DNA of 64,000 nucleotides, taken from the human T2T-CHM13v2.0 reference genome, Homo sapiens. This document shows positions 42,471 through 56,693 of the stretch, piece by piece. Every line of letters starts with the position of its first letter. Position 1 is the stretch's first letter. The notes beneath the pieces are model-generated. The model saw only the letters and a list, made by a program, of their open reading frames with translations. It was not told the origin of the DNA and ran no database searches. The stretch lies in assembly GCF_009914755.1 (NCBI RefSeq), contig NC_060927.1; one strand, given 5' to 3'. The translations under genes and the position numbers were made by a program.

Positions 42471-42950
42471 AGATCTGTCAATTTCTTACTTTTTGTATTT
42501 TGAAGCTATGTTATTGAGTGTGTTTGGATTTAGGACTGTGATATCTTTCTGTTGGATTCAGTCCTGATCACATAAAGTGCCCCTCTTTATGTTTGGTAAC
42601 ACTTCTTGCATTACAATCTCTTTTGTCTGATATTAGGATAGCTACCTCAGCTCCCTTGTGGTGAATATTTACATGGTGACTCTTTTTCTATCCTCTCACA
42701 TTCAATCTATTTCTTATACTTAAAATGTGGTTGTTGTAAGCAACATATATTTTTATCCAGTATTACAGTCTTGGCTTTTTACTTGGGTTATTTAGTTAGT
42801 TTATACTAAAACTGATACAGTTGAGTTTATTTCTACTGTCTACCATTGGTTTCTATATGTAGACCTGTTTGTTTTATGTTTCCTTTTTTTCTTACCTTTT
42901 TTGATTAATAAAATATTTTTTATTATTCTGTTTTACACCTTCACTAACTT
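42471..42950 (-). mobile_element. Old L1M ORF2 (EN region) fragment
   Basis: 'gtattttgaagctatgttattgagtg...tttgtctgatatta...gtaagcaacatat'. Confidence 0.75.
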
Positions 42951-43467
42951 GCCATAGACTTCATTACTGTCTGCTTCCATTTCCTCATTGCTAATCTCTG
43001 GCTACCTTCAGTTCTGGATTCCATCAGTTGAAGAGGAAAAGTAACATTCTCCAAGTGCTCAGGGTGAGCAATAGATAGTTTAAGCTTAGAAATGAATGGG
43101 CTGGAAGGATAAATAGAGATAAATAGAGATGGAAAATCACATTCCATGAGATACATGGTTTTATAATGGAAGGGGCTGCATTTTCAACAACAGAAAAGAG
43201 AAATAATGTCAGTTATTCTAAATATTGTATAGTAAAACTTCCTTGGCTCCAAATGTAGCCATGTTTCCCAATTTTCTTACACTTACAGATACGTCTGTCC
43301 TTTGAGAAGAAGTCATGCTATTGACATTCTGAAGTCAAAATTAAGCATCACTCATTATTTAATTGCTTAATTTACTGTAATCCTTGGATGAGTTTAGTAA
43401 AAGAAACTGGTATTATCTGATACCTGTTCTATCATCTTTCCTCTTCCTGGCTTTCTTTTTGATTTTA

Positions 43468-44315
<848 letters not shown>

Positions 44316-44479
44316 CACTCATTTCTTTTTTTTTTTTAATTTTTCTCAACAGTTTTAATTTCATCAGGTCATTTAAAAAACGGATGCATATAAACACAAA
44401 AAGAGTTCAGATTTTGACTTCCTGCTGGCAGAAACATAAAAAGAAAAAAAAAGAGTTCAAATTTGTATGTTTAAAAAAT

Positions 44480-44548
44480 GGATCCATAATAGTTGAACAT
44501 ATTTATAGAGTACAAGTGAGATTTTGATACATGCATACAATATGTATA
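44480..44548 (-). mobile_element. L1MA 3' terminal fragment
   Basis: 'cataatagttgaacatatttatagagtaca...ttttgatacatgcatacaat'. Confidence 0.6.
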
Positions 44549-44604
44549 GAGCTCAATTTTTCTTTTTAATTAAAAATTTTATTATTTACTCATTTATTTG
44601 TTGA

Positions 44605-45075
44605 TGTATTAGCTAGGATATTTTCAGCTACATGTGACAAGAAATCCAACTACTAATGTAGCTTAAATAATGAGGACATTAGTAATCTCACATCACAAGA
44701 GTTCAGAAATAGGGCTGTTTGAAAACTGGTGAAGTGTTCAGTGATGACATTCAAGACCCAAGCTCTTTTCATCTTTTAACACAACCATTCTTGGTATATT
44801 GGTTTTCATCCACAGCCTTATCTTCTCATGGTTGCAAGATGGCTGTCATAACTCCAGGCATCACACTTCATACAACTATGTCCAAGATGGAAAAAAAAAA
44901 GTAGTTTTCTTCTCACATAGTTCTTTTCATCGGGAAGGAAAGCATTTCAAAACCTCCTTATCAAACTTCTATGGGGCCATTTCTCAGAATCAGGTCACAT
45001 GTCCTGGCTGCAAGGACTGAGAAAATGAGTAGATGGTATTTTAATCCTCTATAGTAAGAGATGGTTTTGGTAGCA
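44605..45075 (-). mobile_element. Old MaLR LTR (MLT1I/J/N-like)
   Basis: 'tgtattagctagga...ctcatggttgcaagatggctg..actccaggcatcaca'. Confidence 0.75.
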
Positions 45076-45149
45076 AGAAAGTGATATTTTGGAATGTTAT
45101 ACTTTGTGGTAAGAAACCAGTGGTGTTTACCACAATTAACTCTTTAAAT

Positions 45150-45530
45150 TTACCTTCTGGTCTTGAGCTCCAGACTCATATAACCAGTTGCTACTGGAAA
45201 TTTCCACTAGGAAGACCCACTGATGCCTTAAATTCAATGTATCTGCCCTTTCTCCCTGCCCCTGGCTCTTCTCCATACTCCATTTCAGGGAACAGCACCA
45301 CCATCTATGCAGTGGTCAAGCCAAGAACCTCGGTGTCATCTTTGCCTCCTCTCTTTCTTATCCTTTTTCATCACCTTATATGATTGCCTCCATCACCTAA
45401 AGGCCCCTCACATCCGCCCATTTCTCTCCATCTTTATGTCCTCATTGTCTCTATTCTGTATTGTCCATTTCTGAACCACAAAACAGTGCTTAACTCAGAG
45501 CAGTAAGTCAGTTTGTGGGATGAATGTTTC
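45150..45530 (+). mobile_element. L2 fragment
   Basis: 'tgagctccagactcatat...cagcaccaccatc...caagccaagaacct'. Confidence 0.7.
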
Positions 45531-46299
45531 CAAATGGGAAACAAACATTTTAAGGTAAACAATGACTACCATCTTGCCTTATCAATTAGCCTCTTTTCAC
45601 CCATTTTTTGTTGGGTGGGTGGAAGGCCAGATGCAGCAGGATGGGTTATTGACAGAAGAGAATTATAAAGGATATAAAGTATTTTAACTCTCTGTCTGTC
45701 CTATACTAGCCTATGCCTCTCTCCTTGTGCTCTCCTCATATTAAGAAACAGAGGATGTTGTCCGGGAGGTCATAATAACCTAAGTGAGTAAAATTCTGAA
45801 AGCCAATTTTCGATTCCCAAGTGTATTGGCTGTCTAGAATTTCCAAGGAACTTGATGGATCAGAGTAATGCAAAAAAGCAGGACCTCAAGCCCCAGGGTT
45901 TTATAGCACCTATAAAACATGTTTTACAGTTTCTGTTCAATTTTATGCTGTTAAGCTAAATATTTGACATCATATGGCACTTTAAGCACATTGATTTATG
46001 GTAAGTCAGCAACTGCATCTGTAATAAAAAGTCCAAAGTATGGGTTTTAAAAGTAATCTGCTGTATTTATTATTGACATAAACAGTTACCTGCAGTCCAT
46101 TTGAACATCATCTTAGATTTAACTCATGTATTAAAGATATTATGTTTTCCACTCAGCAAGGTCACCTTCAAGGTGAAAACTGTATGTGGTTGAAAATGAA
46201 AAAGATCAAGTGTATAAAGATAAATATTTAAAAAATAAATGATATATAGGATTTCATTTTTGTACACTCCTGATTAATAATCATATTCTGTTTATTTTT

Positions 46300-46462
46300 T
46301 ACACCCACCTTCTTCTCCCAATCTCCAACTCCAGAAACCACTAATCTGTTTTCCATCTGTATAATTTTGTTATTTCAAGAATGCAATGTAAATGGAATCA
46401 CATAGTCTGTAACCTTTTGAGAGTGACTCTTTTTTTTTTCACTCAGCATAATTCCCTTGAAG
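46300..46462 (-). mobile_element. L1M 3' fragment
   Basis: 'aaccactaatctgttttccatct...aatggaatcaca...ttcactcagcataatt'. Confidence 0.75.
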
Positions 46463-47119
46463 TCTGTTTACTTTTATGTGGATTGTCTGTCTCATGCTTG
46501 TTTCACCAGGGTAGTTACAACTAGGGTGGCATAATTTGACTGATTCAAGAACTACTTCAATATAAATCAAAATAAGAGAGTCTAAATTCTAAGTAATTTT
46601 TTAACAGGACAAGATTATTTATAATTATGAGTCCATGGTAATGAGTGAGGAATATTTATTTTTAGACAGTGTTAGAGCAAATATGGACAAAAACGCGCCT
46701 AGTTCAACTATGACATAGTTGGCAGCATGATTAAAAGAACCACCAAATTTCCCTAATGCCAGTTTGAGTGTTTTAGTAAACATTTGAGAAGAAAATGCCA
46801 AAAATGTTGGAAAATACATAATATTTATTTTGCACGTGCCAAATGTGTATTAATTTATGAACATTTATTGTGTTTACCTTGTGTGTGCATGGTAAGCCCA
46901 GAAGTCATGGAAAGACAAAATCTGCATGGGCCAAAGGTATAAATTTGTATTGCCTTTCTTTGACTAGCTAATGTGTTTCTTGCTACTGTTCTTAAGATAT
47001 TGTATGTGGGTTTATATTTGTTTTCAAAAATAAATGGAAAGTTTGACAAGAGCAATTTCTTTTTAAATACCTCAACAGAAGGAGGTCTGCTGTTTGGGGT
47101 TGGTTTATTTTAGGGAGCG

Positions 47120-47683
47120 TGTTACCAGGCTGTGACACAAGGTCTCCAAGGCCACTCCCAGGTTCAGTGATTCTCTAGGAGGACTCACAGGACTCTGCAT
47201 AAATCATACTCATGATTACAATTTATTACTGAGAAAGGATACACAGCCAAATCAGCAAAGGGAAAAGGCACATGGACTGAAGTCTGGAGGAAACAAGGTA
47301 CAAGCTTCTAAGGGTCTTTTCCCAGTTGAGTCACACAGGACACCCTTAACTCCCCAAGCAACAAGCTGCGACAACATGTATGAAATGCTACCAACCAGTG
47401 AAGCTCATTAGAGACTCGTGCCCAGGGTTTTCATTGGGGGTGATGACATAGTACTTTCTATCTAGCACATACCCAAATTCCTGGCTCCCAGAAGGAAAGC
47501 AGGTGGTCAGCATAAACCATATTATTTGTACAAATAGTTCAGGCACAATGAGCCACTCTTATCTACTAATGGAGGGAATCCTCCCCAAATCTAAGTTCCC
47601 AGATGCCAGACAAGAGCCAGCCTTGGAAGCTGGTCTTTTCAAGGATAGCAGCTTAGGCCTGCTGTGTAAGTCTTTTCTGTACA
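47120..47683 (-). mobile_element. ERVL-class solo LTR (MER68 / MER21 group)
   Basis: 'ctaggaggactcacaggactc...aatcagcaaagggaaaagg...aggcctgctgtgtaagtcttttctgtaca'; TG..CA, ~564 bp. Confidence 0.8.
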
Positions 47684-47777
47684 TAAGCATATTTAGTGTA
47701 ATGCCTTAGCCTATCAATTTGATCTCCATCTCTCTGACTCCTTTGTCTTTGAACTCAAGTGAATAAGGGAAAAGTGT

Positions 47778-48060
47778 TATTTATTTATTTATTTTGTTGC
47801 CTAGGCTGGAGTGCAATGGTGTGATCTCACCTCACTGTAATCTCCATTCCTCCGGGTTCAAAAGATTTTCCTGCCTCTACTTGCCAAGAAGCTGGGATTC
47901 CAGGCATGCACCACGATGCCTAGCTAATTTTTGTACTTTTAGTAGAAATGGGTTCTTGCCATGTTGACCAGGCTGGTCTTGAACTCCTGACCTCCAGTGA
48001 TCTGCTTGCCTTGGCCTCCCAAAGTGCTGGGATTACAGGTATGAGCCACTGCACCCAACC
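47778..48060 (-). mobile_element. AluS lacking ~20 nt next to its tail
   Basis: (ttta)n tail joins directly to 'ttgttgcctaggctgg'. Confidence 0.95.
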
Positions 48061-48544
48061 AAATGTTACTTATTGACCCTCAGCTAAATATTATGGCAGG
48101 GACAAATGAACAAGAGAGTGGTTAGGCAAGTAGGCCTCTTTCTCCAAGCATGAGAATAAAAGAAAACAGCAACAACCCAACAACAAACACCAACAAATTA
48201 AAACTTTATTATTAAGGATAGTGTCTGAAAAATGGATTTGCTTCACTATCCTTATTGACAAAGTCTATGTTGTGGCTTGAGATATTGATATTGCTGTATG
48301 GAATACCTCAATTAAGAAATGTATAATATTGTTTATTTCATTTAAGACTGTCATCTTTTATAATTTTCACATGTGTGTGAATGGGTGTGTATGTCTGCAT
48401 GCCTGATCATTACTATAAGATACTGGTACTGTGGTAGATGTATACCTTTTGAAACTAAATAAATATACATGTTTTAGAGCTGTGTGCTCAAAACTGCTTT
48501 ACTAATAGGGGTTTAGCAACCATTGTCTTTGCATCATGTAATTT

Positions 48545-48690
48545 CAAAACTGGAAGGAATCTAGAGACCTAGTTAAACTCCTTCATTTTACAAATAAAGA
48601 AATTGATACCTAGGAAGGTGAAGCTGATTTGTACAAGATGACACAGAAGTTAGTGATAGGGCCAGGCTAGAACTTGGATAATCCTTGAGC
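48545..48690 (-). mobile_element. MIR/MIR3 fragment
   Basis: 'ctggaaggaatctagagacctag...cttcattttacaaataaagaaattga'. Confidence 0.7.
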
Positions 48691-49494
48691 CAGGCAGGAA
48701 TGTTTAACAAAATCTGGTAGGCCTTGGGAGCCACAGTTCTTTTGGGAGAAGAAATGAATGAGTCACCTTTCTCCTTGCCTCTGTTCCTCCTGTGTCATCT
48801 TGCTTCTGAAGTCTTCCTCCTCCTTTTCTTCTCTAGGAGGACTGGGCTCCCACAGTTTGCCTCACCTGGAGAGGGATGAGGGAGATTTATGCCCCATTCT
48901 GTCTCTGTGGGAGAATTTCACCTTGGAGTGTGCCTGAGACATTGCTAATTGAATATTGGCTGGGACAATGATTGCTCAAAACTGTGCCATGAGTGCATTC
49001 ATTGTTATACATTTTACTCTTTTTCAAGTATGTAGGCTGAAATTGGAGAGAGCTTAAATTAGTTTGGAGTCTCAGTGTTATAATAATCCCTCATGTTTTC
49101 ACAGGGCTCACCCAGTTGTACAGTTCTTTTCCTTTACATAGTTTCAATTGGTATTGTTTACAAGCACTCAATTTTGGGATCATTTGTAACCAGAAAACAA
49201 TGAATAAAATAATGAATTATATTTTACAGCGGCAAAAATCAAGACTCAGGGACATTAAATGATGGCATGTCAGAACAAAGTGCCAAGCAAAGGCTTCAGA
49301 TTTTTTCCCTCCGCTATACCACAATACTATGATTCTGCATTGTTACTCAGGCCACATACTGTACAGAACCTTATGTAAATTATGGAGGCTTGATTCCAAG
49401 TTAATTATTTCAACTACCCCATCTGTAATTTTAGTTTGAATTTACATATGATATTAATATACTATAAACCTCCTCTGTAGAATTTAAAGAGTGT

Positions 49495-51870
49495 ATTCTA
49501 AAAAAATTATATGACATGTCAAAGGACATAGAAGAGTCAAAACAGTTTTTGAAGAAGGAGAACCAAGTGGGAGAATTTATATACCTAATTTTAAGATGGA
49601 CAAAAAAGCTACATTAATCAAAACATGCGGAATTGGCATAAGGATAGACACAAAGACCAATGGAATACAATAGAGAGTCTAGAAGTAGACCCATAAATAT
49701 ATTTTCAATTAATTTTTTACATAAGGTAATTCAGAGGGGGAAAAGATTGTATCTCTAACAAATGATATAGGAGCAACTGGATGTCTAAAAAAGAAATTAA
49801 AGGACCTTGACCTTTAGTCACACCATATACAGAAGTTAACTGGATCATATAATTAAATATAGAAGCTAAAATCGTAAAACTTACAAAGCACAAGGGAAAA
49901 GTTTTGTGACCTTAAGTTAGGGAAGACTGTCTTAGATAAGACACAAGAACACAGAAATAATAAGAAAAAGGTTAATTGGACTTCATTGAAATTATAAACA
50001 TAAAATCTTCAAGAATAGAAGATGAGGTTTCTGGAATGGTAGTATGAGTCACTGACAGAAACGAAAGGAGAGATAAATAATTCAACAATGTAATTGGACA
50101 CTTCAATACCCTACTTGCAATAATGGATAGAAGAGCTAGGCATAAAATCAAGAAGGATAGGAAGACATGAAAACCTCGGAAAACTATAAATCAAAGACAC
50201 CTAACAGATATCTATTCAGTACTTTACCCAACAACAGCAGAATACCCATTCTTCTCAAGCACACACGGAACATTCTGTAGGACAGACCATATGGTAGGCC
50301 ACAAGGAAAGCTTCAATGAATTGAAAAGGATTTAAATAATATAAAGTATGTCTTCTGATCAGAAATAACAGAAGAAAATTTAGGAAATTCATAAATATAT
50401 GGAAATTAAAGAACACATTTCTAAATAACTAATGGGTCAAATAATAAATCACAAGGGAAATTAGGAAATGTTTTGAAATGAATAAACACAAAATACAGAA
50501 TACTAACATTTATATGATACAACTAAAGTAATGTTTACAGGAAAATTTATAACTAAATGCCTATGTTTAAAAAGAAAAAAATACTATATCAATAACCTAA
50601 TGTTATACCTCAGGAAATTAGAAAAAAGAAAAAGAAACTAGACACAAAGCAAGCAAGAAGGAGAGAAGTAATAAAAGTTAGCATGAAAATAAATGGAATA
50701 GGGAACAGAAAAACCATAGAGAAAATCTACAAAACCAAAAGTTGGTTCTTGAATCAACAAAATTGACAAAGTTTTATCCAGATTGACCACCACCACCAAC
50801 AACAAAGAGAAGACTCAAATGGCCAAAACTCAAGAATAAAAGAGGGGTTATAACTACCAATATTATTAGTCACTGGAGAAATACAAAGTAAAACTACCAT
50901 GAGATACTACTATACTTCTATCAGAATGGCTAAAATCAAAATGTAAAAAACCTGACAATACAATGTTGATGAGGCTATAGAGCAACTGGTGGGAATGCAA
51001 AAAGCCAAAGCCAGTTTTCATGGCAGTTGGCAGTTTCTTAAAAAGTTAAACATGCACTTACAGAAATTGACAAGTTGATCCTAAAGTTCATATGGAAATG
51101 TAAGGGACCTCAAATAGCTAAAACAATCCTGAGAAATAAGCACACAACTCAGTAATCCTACTCACAGGTATTCACTCAAGAAAAATAAAAACATAAGTTC
51201 TCAAGAAGACTGTACATGAATGTCCTAGCAGCTGCGATAGTCTGAATGTTTGTATCCCTCCTCAGATTCATATGCTGAAACCTATTCCCCAATGCAATAG
51301 TACTAAGAAGTGTAGCTTTTAGGAGGTCATTAGGTCATGAGGGTGGAGCACTCATGAATGGGATTAGTGCCTTTATAAAAGAGGATGGAAGGAGCCTGTT
51401 CACCCGTTTGTCATGTGAGGACACAAGAAGGTGCCATCTATGAGGCAGACAAGGAGCCCCCACTAGATGTTGAATCTGCTGGTGCTTTGATTTTGAACTT
51501 CACAGTCCCCAGAACTCTGAGCAATAAGTTGCTGTTTATAAATTACACAGTCTAAGGTATTTTATTATAGTAGCCTGAAAGGACTAAGACAGCAGTTTTA
51601 TTCATAGTAGCCCAAACTGGAAGGGGACTCAAGTGTTCATCAACAGGTGAATGGACAAATTGCTCTATACCCATTGAGTGGAATCCTACTCAACAATAAA
51701 AACAAACTACGGATGTACACAAGATTCATTATGAAATTCATTGATAAATTTCAAATGATTTATGCTAAGCGAAAGAAGACAAACACAAAAGACTACATAC
51801 TCTATGAATCCACTTATATGAAAATCTAGAGAGAGCAAAACTATAATGAAGAAAACCAGATCAGTAGATG
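49495..51870 (+). mobile_element. Composite old L1M: ORF2 3' part and 3' end, interrupted by an EN-region piece (~50050-50860) and a MaLR LTR
   Basis: A-rich L1 motifs 'caatggaatacaatagagagtctagaa', 'cccaacaacagcagaatacccattcttctcaagc', 'ttattcatagtagcccaaactggaa'. Confidence 0.85.
51233..51591 (+). mobile_element. MaLR solo LTR (MSTD/MLT1A0-like) nested in L1M
   Basis: TG..CA ends; TSD gcagc at 51228-51232 / gcagt at 51592-51596. Confidence 0.92.
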
Positions 51871-51913
51871 ACAATAGTGTTCACTACTACTACCTATGTG
51901 CAATTAGTATACA

Positions 51914-51955
51914 ATATATATATGAAATATATAAAAATATATGAAATATATATAA
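51914..51955. repeat. AT-rich low-complexity tandem repeat
   Basis: Repeated atatatgaaatatata units. Confidence 0.7.
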
Positions 51956-53829
51956 TAATTGCAATGTGGCAGCAGACTATAATGGCAATGGGCCCTTAGG
52001 AAATCTTAACTGATTTTCCATTTCAGCTTTTGAAAAATTATCAAAATTCTACGCAAAATACTATTCCTCTCAAATAACTATGAGTGATTTATCTGGGCAA
52101 CTCCTACATTCAAGGTTGCTAGGAAGACTCAGTGAAATGGAAGGAAATGGTGTGGTAACTCTTCCAAGCCTCTACTATCCATACAATTTATTCTTCCCTT
52201 TAAAAAAATAGTCTAATATTCACAGAGAAAACTTCAAAATCCCTCTCTCTATAACAGAAAAGACAAGGCCAGAAAATTTAAGATGCTCAAGTTAGAAACA
52301 CACAATAGCCACAGGGCCTCACAAACACAATGCCAAGGCCAGTCCTATGGTTATAAGTGATTAGAAACAAACATTTAGCAATCACAGTGGAAGGAAGAGG
52401 GCACTTCCAGGAACTCCCTTGTGAGGACTGCCCTTCAGGTGACCTTGGAAGAAGAGCATAACCAAGAACTCAGGACCATCTTGCAACTGGAATAAGGGCT
52501 GTACAACCCAAGCAGGCCTGTGCCAATGGGTGGTAACATGTGGCAGAACTTCCACAGCGCAGAGAGAAAAATATAGAATGGATATAATTTCTTAGCCACC
52601 CCTGGCTAAGGGTAACATAAGGATAAATTTAACTGTTGATATAATGACTCTATGTGTATCTTTTGTCATCAGTTTTATTAGTCATACTCATGTTTAATAA
52701 ATATTGAACTTATTCCAGAATGGGGAGTTTGGTTATTTGCAATTAAACTTTTGTGGTTTTTGTTAAGACTCTTAAAACTTTTTTTTTGATGTATCCTAAT
52801 GTTTTTCTGCTGAGACTCTACTGTTAAAACATCTATTTAAAAATATAATCTATATGATATTTAATTAATTTTAATAACAAATGAGTGATATTGATGACAA
52901 ATAACACAGCTGTAATCTGTGAACTTAACCTTTTCTTTCTTTTTTATTTGAAAATTACCTGCTTTTTGAAACAAACTAATGAAAATTAAAGATGTACAGT
53001 TTAATACCTTAGATTTTCTGTCCTTTAATCCATGAAGTAATTAATTAAAGGATTCTCTGGCCCTCACATTTTTTCTCTTAATGCATCAGTGCTTTCAGAA
53101 TTCTTTTAAAGATCATTTTTTGGAAGGTAGTATTAGGAGAAGGACTGCAAGACCTTAGCTAAGACATTTGCATTTTGTGATTGGAGACTGTTCTAAGTGA
53201 AAAAGTCATTGCCCTCAGCTAGAGAGGGGTCTGTAGGAGCATAGGTAGAACCTCTCTCTTGTTCTCTGGACCTGTGTAGGGCATTTCATCAAAGCGTAAA
53301 AATGACAAGCTGTTAATATTTACATATATCAAAGAGCCACATGGTTATGGCTAGTTCTTATTGCCATGAATTTTGTTCCTAACTTAGATAATTTTAGTTA
53401 TCAGATCAAAACCACCATACACTTTGTTTAAATCAGAACATGCTGAATTGGTTTTCTTTACCCCTTCAAAAAGCTCCCTCCTGTTAAGCATATTATTGAT
53501 GGGCTTTCGAAAAATGACTTTTAGCTTTACAAAGTCATTTTTAGCGAAAAAATAAAAAAGGACTCAACCCCAGGAATCTCCTGCCTCATTTATCTAATGA
53601 GCACATGGAGTGGATTTTAAAAGAGAGTTATTGTCCTAAAATATAGGAACAGAGATGTACTAGAATTTATCTCTTAAAGTAGCACTTGAGTGACATCCAC
53701 TGGCCAGACAGCTTTGTTGGCTGTGTGAGAGAGATGTTACCTCTGATAAGTGTCAAATAAGAGAACATTTGAAGACAGATACTCTTAATAGTTGTACATA
53801 AATGTCCAAAAAGCAAATGATTTCTACCT

Positions 53830-54612
<783 letters not shown>

Positions 54613-55425
54613 GGCAGACAGAGAGATAACTTTTAACAGCTGACATCCATATCAGTGCTGTTTTTTGACCTAATCCAGTCATCATTTAAGTTTTTAGTAC
54701 TAGAAATTTCAGGTGAATCAGGAATGGTAGAGGTGGGTGGGGAAGGTATTTTGAGCCAGGTACAACATCTATCTTTGGCTTCCACATGCCAGCCGTTCCT
54801 ACATATTAATGTAGTCTATTTGGGGACTCGGGGGTCAGGTCACTTATCTGATGTGTATATACATAGATGGATAGATAAGAGACCCAAAGCAGATAATAAA
54901 TACATGTGTTTGGGTTTAAGGTATATGAATTGAACCAGACACGGACTCTGCCATCTTGCAATATTCACAGACAAGTCATGCTTGAGTCTGGTAATTTCAT
55001 TCACTCCAAGATTTCACACTGATCTGTTCACATGGGTGTGTGTTGATTTACATTTCTGCCTTATTTTCAGTAGTCCCTCATTGGCCTGAAAGGCTGAGTT
55101 GGTATCGTGTGGGAAAACCCTACTACTTTCCAAATTGTAAAATTTGTCCTGCTTCTGTAGAGTAATGCTCACGTTTCCCTTACCATTGCTTTTATCCCAG
55201 TGGGCTTATTTTTATTTTTTATTTTTCTTATCTTGTTCTCTTTCCTCTTCTCACTTTGAATTTCAAAGTTATCTTTGTTGCATTTATTTATTCTATTAAG
55301 ATGTAGGGGCTCGTAAAAATTTCCATTAAAAAAACAGAAAGCAAAAAACAGTAGACTGGCACAGAAGAAGCCACGTGTGCTGCGTAACTGGAGGAAAAAC
55401 CGTTTTTTCCTGAGATGTCTCTCTG

Positions 55426-55440
55426 ACGCCATCTACTGAC
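55426..55440 (-). promoter_or_regulatory. Candidate CTCF core motif
   Basis: Minus strand gTCAGTAGATGGCGT versus core CCASYAGRKGGCR; motif match only. Confidence 0.35.
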
Positions 55441-55641
55441 AAAGCTGAACATCATGCCAGCTGGCAAAGGAAAAATATTTTAAACAGTCTGAAAAGAATG
55501 AACTCGGACCCGAGACAGTAAATTCATAACCTGCAAGGGAAGTGCTCATATATACTTCACATAGCAATTCCTTCAACAGGTTAGTTAATTTTTTCATAAA
55601 ATATGTTCTCATCTTTTGTCTTTCTCCTTCTCAATATGTAA

Positions 55642-55975
<334 letters not shown>

Positions 55976-56693
55976 GCACATTATTTTTTACTGCTTAATT
56001 TCTATATATTTTTTCTTGTACCAAGCTAGAGGGATCCTTTAACATTTTTTTCAATTAGAAGAATATACTATCACCTGTTCTTTCCTGACTCCCTTCACTT
56101 CTTGTGAGGAAGGAAAAATACAGCGAGTATGTTTTTACAATTGAAGACAAATAAATGTATAGATAGGTAGACGTATGGATGAATACATAGTTGGATACAT
56201 ACACAAAGAGAAAGAAAATAGAAACAGATTAAGAGAAGAATGCATGAACAAACAAAACATAGAGGCATACATTTATCAAAAATTGAATACTGTAGGACAT
56301 AAATGTATTCATTGGCATTCGAAATTTGGGGCATTTTAGGATCACATTTCATCCAAGGCGTGGTACCTGTCTTTGTTCCCAACCCGCGAGTCCCTCTCCT
56401 CTTGATCCTAACATACCAGTTTAGTATCTTTGGGGGTAGATCATTTATCTCTATTTAATTAGTTTTCAAAACAGATGATAAGAATGTGCCTGTCTGGAGG
56501 TCTGTATAAAAGGAACTTTTTTTACTGTCTAATCTTTGTTCAGTCGTTAATTTGTATTGAAATTCCAGGGAATTATTTATTCTGCTCCTTCAGAACTCAA
56601 GTTTGCTATAAACAAATGAGGAAAACAGCAAATTATTTCCTTGGAACTGAATAAAAATAAATGTAAATGATTCCTACGCGTTTTGATGTACAA

